Translations under genes and position numbers: made by a program
Assembly (NCBI GenBank): GCA_963820525.1
Contig: CAWGAA010000001.1
Span: 1,664,001-1,728,000, forward strand
DNA length: 64,000 nt
Direction of reading: 5' to 3'
DNA from: an uncultured Spirochaetota bacterium
GTDB taxonomy: Bacteria; Spirochaetota; Spirochaetia; SZUA-6; Fen-1364
Part shown: piece by piece, positions 56,720-64,000 of the stretch
Position numbering within the stretch: position 1 is the first letter of the stretch
Layout: every line of letters starts with the position of its first letter
The notes under the pieces: model-generated
What the model saw: only the letters and a program-made list of their open reading frames with translations
Told to the model about the DNA's origin: nothing
The model's database searches: none

Positions 56720-57909
56720 AGGGCCCTCGTCCTTTCCACGGCACGCGGAAGCTTTTCCAGCAGGAAGTCCACGTCGGATTCCGTCGTGTCTCTTCCCATG
56801 CTGATCCTGATTGCAGCCCGCGCCTGCTCGGGGCGAAGGCCAATGGCCGGGAGCACGGCCGACGGCTCCCCCGTCCTCGATTCGCACGCCGAGCCTGTCG
56901 ACACCTGGATCCCTTCCCGGTCCAGGCGAAGCGCAAGCCCCTCCCCTTCGAGCCCGGCGAAGGACACGTTTACCGTCCCCGCCAGGCAATCCGTCGGGTG
57001 TCCGTTGAAGCTCGCTCCCGGTATTTTCTCTAAAATGCCTTCACGGAGCTTCTTCGATAGCGAGCGCAGGCGGGCCTGGCTTGGCCCCATCTCCTCGGCT
57101 GCCGCCTCCAATGCGGCGGCGAATCCGACGATGCCAACGGTATTGAGGGTGCCGGCGCGGCGGCCCTCCTCCTGCTCTCCTCCGGGCACGAAGGAAAGGA
57201 ACGCGGAGCCCTCCCGGATGTAGAGCGCTCCCACTCCCTTGGGTCCATAGATCTTATGGGCCGAGATGCTGGCGAAATCCACGCCGAGCCTCGCCAGATC
57301 CTGGGGGATCTTCCCCGCGGCCTGCACGGCATCGGTATGAACGAGCGCGCACCGCTCATGGGCCAGCCGGCATATCTCCTGGACATCCTGGATGGTCCCG
57401 ATCTCATTGTTGGCGGCCATGACGGAAACGAGCAGAGTGGGCTTTGCCAGCGCATCCTCGAGGTCGCTCATCTCGAGCTTCCCCGAGCGGTCCACGCGGA
57501 TGAAGCGCGCGGGAAAGCCGAGCCTGCAGAGCCTGAGCGCGGCCTCCCGCACGCTGGGGTGTTCTACCGCGCTCACGAGAACCTGGGCGCGCCCGTCTTT
57601 GGCTCCCTGGCCGCCTTCGCCTCTGCGGACGCCGCGTCCCCTTTCTTCCAGGCGCCGAAGCAGAATGGAGTTGAACACGGCCGCGTTCGATTCGCTTCCA
57701 CCGCTCGTGAACACGATCTCCCCCGCGGCCGCTCCGAAGAAGGATGCGACCCTCTCCCTGGCCTCCTCCACAGCCTCCGACGCGGCCTGTCCTGCGCTGT
57801 GGATGCTCGCCGGATTCGCGAAGAGCGCGGCGCATGAGTCCATGGCTTCTCTTACGCGCGGGTGAAGCGGGGTTGTGGCATTGTAGTCGAGGTAGACGGT
57901 CCGGCTCAT
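56716..57909 (-). CDS. iscS: Cysteine desulfurase (IscS/NifS class I)
   Basis: YLDYNATTP, HTDAVQ, SAHKIYGPKG and STGSAC. Confidence 0.93.
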   Translation of the reverse strand: MSRTVYLDYNATTPLHPRVREAMDSCAALFANPASIHSAGQAASEAVEEARERVASFFGAAAGEIVFTSGGSESNAAVFNSILLRRLEERGRGVRRGEGGQGAKDGRAQVLVSAVEHPSVREAALRLCRLGFPARFIRVDRSGKLEMSDLEDALAKPTLLVSVMAANNEIGTIQDVQEICRLAHERCALVHTDAVQAAGKIPQDLARLGVDFASISAHKIYGPKGVGALYIREGSAFLSFVPGGEQEEGRRAGTLNTVGIVGFAAALEAAAEEMGPSQARLRSLSKKLREGILEKIPGASFNGHPTDCLAGTVNVSFAGLEGEGLALRLDREGIQVSTGSACESRTGEPSAVLPAIGLRPEQARAAIRISMGRDTTESDVDFLLEKLPRAVERTRAL

Positions 57910-57910
57910 C

Positions 57911-59005
57911 CTACCAGCTCCGCTCGATCACCCCGCCCCCGAGGAGGAGATCGCCGTGGTAAAACACGGCCCACTGGCCGGCGGCGATGGATTTCTGCGG
58001 CTCGTCGAAGAGCACGATCGCCGAGCCGTCTCCCTGTGGGGTCACCAGGGCAGGTGCTTCCCGATGCTGATAGCGGATGCGCACGGCCGCGCGCAGCGGC
58101 TCATCGGCGACGGCCACGCTCGCCCAGTTGATCCGCGAGGCGAGGAGGTTTCTCCTGGAGAGCTCTCCGGCGGGACCGGCGAATACCGTGTTCGACTCCT
58201 TGTCGATAGCCGTGACATAAAGCGGCTCTCCGCCCCCGATGCCCAGCCCCCGCCTCTGGCCCACCGTATAGCCCCCTATCCCCCTGTGGCTGCCCAGGAC
58301 CTTCCCCTGGGAATCCTTGATCGGTCCCTCCGCCGCTGCGCCCACCGCATCCTGTCCCAGCATGTCACGGTAATCCCCGGAGGCGAAGTTCTGGCTGTCC
58401 GGCTTGTCGTGGGTGCAAAGGCCCCTCTCCCGCGCGATGCGCCGGACCTCGCTCTTGGAAAGCCCGCCCAGGGGAAACCATGCCCGACGGAGCTGGTCCT
58501 GGGAGAGCATGCAGAGAAAGTAGGATTGGTCCTTCGCGGGGTCAGACGCTTTGCGCAGGGTGTACCGCCCCAGCCGCTCGTCGAACGATATCTTCGCGTA
58601 ATGACCGGTGGCGAACAGGTCGAACTCCGTGCCGGACCGCCCCGCGAGCTTTTCGACGAGCATGCCGAACTTGACGAGCTGGTTGCAGCGGATGCAGGGG
58701 TTGGGGGTCCTGCCGGAGAGGTACTCGTCCCTGAAGTACGTGAGCACATGGCGGCTGTACTCTTCCCTCAGGTCCACGACGCGATGGGGAATGCCGAGTG
58801 CGGCGCACACGGCGCGGGCATCCTCCACGTCCTTCTCCTCGTCGGGACCGTAGCAGGCGTTTGAGGCCGCGTCTTTGTCCAGGCCTCCCCCGTAGATGGT
58901 CATGGTCACGCCCTCAACCTTGTGCCCCGCCTCGATTGCCAAAAGCGCGGCCACGGATGAATCGACACCGCCGCTCATCCCCACCGCGACTCGTCTCGGC
59001 GCCAC
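57911..59005 (-). CDS. mnmA: tRNA 2-thiouridine(34) synthase
   Basis: MSGGVDSS, TPNPCIRCN, ATGHYA, KDQSYFL and TVGQRRGLG. Confidence 0.95.
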   Translation of the reverse strand: MAPRRVAVGMSGGVDSSVAALLAIEAGHKVEGVTMTIYGGGLDKDAASNACYGPDEEKDVEDARAVCAALGIPHRVVDLREEYSRHVLTYFRDEYLSGRTPNPCIRCNQLVKFGMLVEKLAGRSGTEFDLFATGHYAKISFDERLGRYTLRKASDPAKDQSYFLCMLSQDQLRRAWFPLGGLSKSEVRRIARERGLCTHDKPDSQNFASGDYRDMLGQDAVGAAAEGPIKDSQGKVLGSHRGIGGYTVGQRRGLGIGGGEPLYVTAIDKESNTVFAGPAGELSRRNLLASRINWASVAVADEPLRAAVRIRYQHREAPALVTPQGDGSAIVLFDEPQKSIAAGQWAVFYHGDLLLGGGVIERSW

Positions 59006-59015
59006 GATGCTCCCC

Positions 59016-61106
59016 CTACCTCATCGCCCGCGCGGCATTGAGGACCGCGATCAGGGTGACCCCCATGTCCGCAATGACCGCTTCCCACATGCTGGCGAGG
59101 CCGGCTCCGCCCAAAAGCAGAAAGACCGCCTTCACCCCCAGGGCGAAGGCTATATTCTGGATGACGATACGCCGCGTACGCCGGGCGCGCCGGATCGCTT
59201 CCGCGACCCTCGATGGGCTGTCCGTCATGAGGACCACGTCCGCCGTTTCCACCGCGGCGTCGGATCCTGACTGCCCCATCGCGATCCCCACGTCGGACCG
59301 CGCCAGGACCGGCGCGTCGTTGATTCCATCCCCGACAAACGCCGTCTTTCCCCTTCCGGCGTCCGCCATTATCCGCTCGAGGTGCGCCACCTTGTCCGCG
59401 GGAAGGAGCCCTCCATAGTATTCGCCGATGCCCAGCCCGCCGGCCACGAGAGCCGCCACCTCGTGCGAGTCTCCCGTGAGAAGCGCCACGCGGCGGACCC
59501 CGAGACCCCGGAGGTCCCGAACGGCGTTTCGCGCATCCTCCTTCAATTCGTCTCCGATGGCAAGATACCCCGCGTAGGCGCCGTCCACCGCGACGTGAAC
59601 GGCCGTCCCGCCGATGTCGCATCTCGCGTGATCGATGCCTTCGCGGTGCATCAGCCGGTCGTTTCCCACGAGCACGTTCCGCCCATCCACCCTGGCCGCC
59701 ACTCCGTACCCGCCGATCTCCCGCGCGTTCTCCACGGTGGACTCGTCCACCGCGACGCCATGCGCTTTGCGGATCGACTCGGCAATGGGATGGTTGGAAT
59801 GCGCCTCCGCAGATGCCGCCAGCCGCAAAAGCTCGGATGAGCCCGCGCCGTCCGAGGGCTGAACGTCGGTGACGCGGAAAACGCCCTTGGTGAGAGTTCC
59901 CGTCTTGTCGAAGACGACGGTCCTCGCCGATGCCAGGGCATCGAAGTGCCGCGCACCCTTGACGAGGATCCCATGGCGCGAAGCGCCGCCCAAACCGCCG
60001 AAGTAGCCCAGGGGGATGCTCACCACCAGAGCGCAGGGACAGGAGATGACGAGCATCGTGAGGGCCCGGTATATCCAGACATCGAACGAGGCCCCGGCGA
60101 AGAGAAGCGGCGGAAGAAAAGCCAGCAGGGCGGCTGCCGCCACCACGATCGGCGTGTACACGCGGGCGAATCGCGTGATGAAGAGCTCCGTCCTGGCCTT
60201 GGCGTGGGTCGCCCCCTCGACGAGCTGGATGATCTTGGCGGCCCCGGACTCCCCCGCCGTCCTGGTCACCCGCACCGTGAGCGAACCGTCGGTGTTGATA
60301 TAGCCCGCCAGCACCTGCCCGCCCTGCTCCACCCTGCGCGGCACCGCCTCCCCTGTCATGGCGGAGGTATCCACGAAGCCTGAGCCAGAGATCACGGTGC
60401 CGTCCAGGGGAACGCGCTCGCCCGGCCTGACGGAGACTTCCTCTCCAACCGCCACCTCCTCGGGCTTCACGTCCACCAAGCCGCCGGCCCTCCTCACCCG
60501 CGCCGAATCGGGCCGAAGCTCGAGCAGCTTCCTGATCGAAGAGCGGCTTCTCTCAACCGCAAGCTCCTGTAATATCTCCCCGATTTTATAGAAGATCATG
60601 ACGCCCGCAGCTTCGCTCACGGCGTGGATGGCGAAGGCTCCGCCCGTTGCAACGGTCATGAGGAAGTGCTCGTTGAAGACCCGACCGCGGATGATGCTTC
60701 GAGCGGCCGAGGCGAGCACGTTCCACCCGGCGAGGAGGTACGCGCCCCCGAACACGATGTACTCCAGCCAGGCGTAGCCGCTCCGGTGCACAAGGCCCTC
60801 CGTGAGGAGCCCCGCGGCGAAGAGAACGAGCCCCGCCGCGAGGATGGCGAGCTCGCGGATAAGCTGGAAGGGCTTTTCCACTTCATGGTCAGCATCGTCA
60901 TGCACGGTCTCTTTCACGACGCGCACCGCGGGCTCGAGCGAGCCGATCTTTCGCACGACATTTCCCATGTCCTCGGCGTCGATTCGCATCGAAAGGGTGG
61001 CGAAATCCACAGAAACGCAGCGGACGCCCGGGCAGGCACGCACCCCGCTTTCGATCTTCCGCGCGCAGTCGGCGCAATCCAGGTTTTCAAGCTTGTAGAT
61101 TTCCAT
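59016..61106 (-). CDS. cadA: Zn/Cd/Pb-exporting P1B-2 ATPase
   Basis: LDCADC, SCPCAL, DKTGTLT, SNHP, and TM Lys (GVK) plus ADMG. Confidence 0.93.
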   Translation of the reverse strand: MEIYKLENLDCADCARKIESGVRACPGVRCVSVDFATLSMRIDAEDMGNVVRKIGSLEPAVRVVKETVHDDADHEVEKPFQLIRELAILAAGLVLFAAGLLTEGLVHRSGYAWLEYIVFGGAYLLAGWNVLASAARSIIRGRVFNEHFLMTVATGGAFAIHAVSEAAGVMIFYKIGEILQELAVERSRSSIRKLLELRPDSARVRRAGGLVDVKPEEVAVGEEVSVRPGERVPLDGTVISGSGFVDTSAMTGEAVPRRVEQGGQVLAGYINTDGSLTVRVTRTAGESGAAKIIQLVEGATHAKARTELFITRFARVYTPIVVAAAALLAFLPPLLFAGASFDVWIYRALTMLVISCPCALVVSIPLGYFGGLGGASRHGILVKGARHFDALASARTVVFDKTGTLTKGVFRVTDVQPSDGAGSSELLRLAASAEAHSNHPIAESIRKAHGVAVDESTVENAREIGGYGVAARVDGRNVLVGNDRLMHREGIDHARCDIGGTAVHVAVDGAYAGYLAIGDELKEDARNAVRDLRGLGVRRVALLTGDSHEVAALVAGGLGIGEYYGGLLPADKVAHLERIMADAGRGKTAFVGDGINDAPVLARSDVGIAMGQSGSDAAVETADVVLMTDSPSRVAEAIRRARRTRRIVIQNIAFALGVKAVFLLLGGAGLASMWEAVIADMGVTLIAVLNAARAMR

Positions 61107-61119
61107 GTCTCGTCTCCGC

Positions 61120-61467
61120 TCACTCGGCGAGGTGCACCCGCATCGACTCCAGGAGGTCCCTCACGTGATCGTCGCTCAAGGAATAGTAGACGACCTTTCC
61201 GTCCCGTCGGTGGCTCACCAGGCGGCCCTGCTTCAGCACGGCCAGCTGATGGCTCACGGCGGAGACGCTCATCGACAGAACGACGCTCAGGTCGCAGACG
61301 CACAACTCCTCACGCGAGAGGGCGTGCAGGATCTTCAGGCGCGTCTGATCTCCCAGGACCTTGAAGAACTCGCCCATCTCGGCAAGCTCGTGAGGCTCCG
61401 GCATCCCTCCCCGGGCATCCTCGACGGCCCGGGGGTGGATGACGCGTTCGCTGCAGGAAGCGGTCAT
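61120..61467 (-). CDS. SmtB/CadC-type metal-sensing repressor
   Basis: ELCVCDL, SAVSHQL and DDHV...HLAE alpha5 site. Confidence 0.93.
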   Translation of the reverse strand: MTASCSERVIHPRAVEDARGGMPEPHELAEMGEFFKVLGDQTRLKILHALSREELCVCDLSVVLSMSVSAVSHQLAVLKQGRLVSHRRDGKVVYYSLSDDHVRDLLESMRVHLAE

Positions 61468-61482
61468 ACGATCTCCTTCAAT

Positions 61483-61504
61483 CACTTGAACAAACGTTCA
61501 AGTG
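61483..61504. promoter_or_regulatory. SmtB/CadC operator
   Basis: Perfect palindrome CACTTGAAC-N4-GTTCAAGTG between a minus-strand TTGACG (61530-61535) promoter and the RBS. Confidence 0.85.
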
Positions 61505-61604
61505 TAAAATAGCAGGAATGAAGCGGTCGCGTCAAGTGTGGCCATAGAGCGCCCTTTCCTCGCAAAGGGTGCAGCCGGATCGCCGCCGAGCCGCGCCTAT
61601 GCTT

Positions 61605-62065
61605 TCAGCGCACAGACTCCAGCGTGTCCCTCTGCGGATCGAAACGGATGAACCGCTTGAACGAGGGCAGGAAGATCAAGGGGAACGCGCAAATCATGGC
61701 GATGATGAAGCTGGCGCTGATGATGATCCCGGCGGCAAACACCATCCAGACCTGAAGCGTTCCCAGCAGTGCCTCAACGGCAACCAGGACCACGGCGAGG
61801 CCCCGGATGACGTCCATCCAGATGAGAAGCAGCCGGCGGTCGCTCCTGTCGACAACCACCCCCGCCATGGGAGACACGGCGACTCGCGGGAGCGTCGACG
61901 CGGCCATGAGCCCGCCCATGAGAGCCGTGGATCCCGTTACGGCGAGAACCCAGAATCCCAGCGCGATCCCGTAGACACATCCCCCAGGATGGACACCAGC
62001 TGCCCCTGCCACAGGAGGAAGAAGGTGAGCGTCCAGACTTTTTCGGGCTTCCCTTTCGTTTCCAT
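61605..62065 (-). pseudogene. Degraded MFS transporter (DHA3-like): frameshift near 61977 and a large internal deletion near 61720
   Basis: FFLLWQGQLVSILGD, then a frame change, then motif A GVVVDRSDRR, then a jump to a C-terminal helix. Total about 150 aa versus about 400 expected. Confidence 0.8.
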
Positions 62066-62082
62066 GGCGGCCGCTTTTTCGC

Positions 62083-62715
62083 CTAATCGATCAGCCCATG
62101 CTCGAGGGCGTAGCGGACCAGCTCAGCAGCGGAGGAAAGACCCAGCTTTTCAAGCAGGCGGGCACGGTAGGTCGACACAGTGGGCACGCTCAAGCAGAGC
62201 TCGTGCGCGATCTCCTTTGCCCTTTTGCCGGAGGCCAGAAGGCAGAGCACCTGATACTCCCTGTCCGAAAGCAGCTCGTGAGGGGCCTTCTCGCGATTCC
62301 CTTCCAGCTCAACGGCCAGGCGTTCCGCCAGCGAGGCGGTGACATACTTGCCTCCCTTGGCAATCGTGCGGATCGCGCTCACCAGCTCTTCGGGCGGGCT
62401 TTCCTTCTGGAGATATCCGGCCGCTCCAGCCTTGAGAACCCTCCGCGCGTAATGCTCTTCGGGGTGCATGCTGAGTATGAGAACGCCGGCCCTGATTCCC
62501 GATGCCCGCAGCGCCTTCAGGACATCGAGACCGTTCATGTCAGGGAGAGCGATGTCGAGGATGATGACATCGAAATGCTTTGCTGCGGCCGCCTGCAGGA
62601 GATCAGCGCCGCTGCCCACCTCGCTCTCCACCCGGATATCCGGCTGTTCCAGGAGAATTCGTCTCAAACCCTCGCGGAATATTGGGTGATCGTCACACAA
62701 TGCAATCTTCAGCAT
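62083..62715 (-). CDS. NarL/UvrY-family response regulator (no adjacent kinase)
   Basis: DDHPIFR, LDIALP, HELLSDRE and TVSTYRAR. Confidence 0.94.
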   Translation of the reverse strand: MLKIALCDDHPIFREGLRRILLEQPDIRVESEVGSGADLLQAAAAKHFDVIILDIALPDMNGLDVLKALRASGIRAGVLILSMHPEEHYARRVLKAGAAGYLQKESPPEELVSAIRTIAKGGKYVTASLAERLAVELEGNREKAPHELLSDREYQVLCLLASGKRAKEIAHELCLSVPTVSTYRARLLEKLGLSSAAELVRYALEHGLID

Positions 62716-62848
62716 TTCTCGGCTCTCCCTCCGAGACGAATTGTCATCATGCCCCCCGGATTGCCGCCGTCCTGCGCCGAATTATTATGATGCAATTGAA
62801 CGCTCTTGGGTAGGGGGCTCACCCGTCTGCTCCCCATAGGAGTGCTCC

Positions 62849-62884
62849 AAAACAGAAACGGCCCCGGGGCAACGCCTCGGGGCC
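62849..62884 (-). terminator. Intrinsic terminator after the OmpA gene
   Basis: Minus-strand stem GGCCCCGAGGC/GCCCCGGGGCC followed by GTTTCTGTTTT. Confidence 0.65.
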
Positions 62885-62920
62885 AAGAAAAAGGAGGATA
62901 TGAAGAGAGCAATGCCCGCC

Positions 62921-64000
62921 CTATTCTTTTTCCAGGAAAAGCGCGACCCTGCGGTTCTGCCACCGGTCCTTGTAATTGCTGTCGGGGACCAGCTGGTCCG
63001 AGGCGCCGACACCCTCCGTGGCGAATCTCGCTTCCTCGAGGCCGCGCTCGACAAGAGCAGCCTTCACAGCATCGGCCCTCGCCTTGGAAAGCGGTATCAG
63101 GACCTGCGCCTGCTCAGCCTTTCCCAGCTTCGGGTTGTCCCAGTGGATCATGACCGCGTGCCCAACGATTCGAATGTTGTAGCCGGGGAACTTGCCGAGC
63201 TTGTTCGCCAGCGCGTCCAGCCGACTCATGTTCTGCTGCGCCAGGTCGGCAGGCACGTTCTTGTAGTCCGCGGTGAACGCCTTGAAGAAGATGCGGGATG
63301 CGAGTATCCGATACCCGTTGCCCCTCTTTTCCACCAGGATGTCGATGGGTACCACGGCCTTCACCGTGCCCGTGTTGCCGTACTGGTCACGTATCTTGGC
63401 GACGACGGGGTAGTCTTCCGCCGACTGGACAAAGTCCCCGTTCGCTCCCTTGCCGTCCCACACCGCCGTATTCGCAGGCCACTTGCCGGAGAAGCTGCGG
63501 AAGAGGTTTCCTCCCGGATCATAGATATCCATTGTCCAGCTGTCGATTTTCGCCGATGGCGAGCTTGCGGCGAGCGTAAGGGTCATCGTGTCGGAAGCCT
63601 CCAGAGGAGAGAAAAGAGTGGAAGAGAGCCTGATCGATCCTGTCGGCGGCGTGACATCGAGCTCGAAGGGCGTGCTGGTTGCCGAGGCCGGCGCAAAGAC
63701 CGTACCGTAGTCGATGCTGAGCGTTGCCGTGTAGGTGCCTTCCGGTGCGATGGCCCCCTTGTCCGTTTTCCCGTCCCAGCTCAGCGTCTTGGGAAGGCTG
63801 GCCCGATCGCCCGTGAACGTGTATTGCACGCCCATCCCCGCTTCCGAAATCGCCACCTTCCATGAAACAACAGCCGCGGGCTGGCCGAACGAGAGCGCCA
63901 GCTGCATCGTGTCCGCAACCTGGTCGCCGTTGGGAGAGAACCCTGCTGTCGCGGGGACGATCGCCACCGCGCCTTGAACGGCAGGCAGCTCGCCGGTGGC
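62921..64000 (-). CDS. OmpA-family protein with repeated Ig-like (FlgD-type) domains (5' end outside the window)
   Basis: FSPNGD and WDG repeats. C-terminal I.GHA...LSKARADAVK..L...NRRV OmpA domain. Confidence 0.9.
   Translation of the reverse strand, partial: ATGELPAVQGAVAIVPATAGFSPNGDQVADTMQLALSFGQPAAVVSWKVAISEAGMGVQYTFTGDRASLPKTLSWDGKTDKGAIAPEGTYTATLSIDYGTVFAPASATSTPFELDVTPPTGSIRLSSTLFSPLEASDTMTLTLAASSPSAKIDSWTMDIYDPGGNLFRSFSGKWPANTAVWDGKGANGDFVQSAEDYPVVAKIRDQYGNTGTVKAVVPIDILVEKRGNGYRILASRIFFKAFTADYKNVPADLAQQNMSRLDALANKLGKFPGYNIRIVGHAVMIHWDNPKLGKAEQAQVLIPLSKARADAVKAALVERGLEEARFATEGVGASDQLVPDSNYKDRWQNRRVALFLEKE

Overview
GC-rich bacterial chromosomal window, most likely from a free-living Spirochaetota genome. 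This is inferred from the OmpA protein with repeated Ig-like 'WDG' domains, the fused E1 alpha/beta 2-oxoacid dehydrogenase and the PTS-EIIA/diadenylate cyclase fusion. It holds about 58 protein-coding loci. Housekeeping genes include clpS-clpA, a family-B DNA polymerase II, cysK/metY/Rrf2, mnmA-iscS-nadA and yjbQ. There are three P-type ATPases, a large dispersed metal-homeostasis set (copA-csoR, copZ, a CopRS-like two-component system, cadC-cadA, sulfocyanin, DUF2318, an HMA-LDCC fusion) with recognisable operators, and GH2 and GH43 glycosidases. An IS1182-family element and a 128-bp MITE share terminal inverted repeats, and both sit in CTAG stop-codon sites. The most unusual loci are: (1) a coupled operon of Omp85, TPR, DsbD-like, polyferredoxin and DOMON/TPR genes behind a membrane LuxR regulator broken at a C8 tract; (2) a succinate dehydrogenase/fumarate reductase with two atypical small membrane subunits placed between A and B; (3) the EIIA-DAC fusion; (4) the CTAG-targeting IS/MITE pair. 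Several genes carry 1-bp frameshifts or apparent deletions, which could be real decay or assembly error. No rRNA, tRNA or CRISPR array was seen. All family calls come from motif recognition by eye, not database searches.
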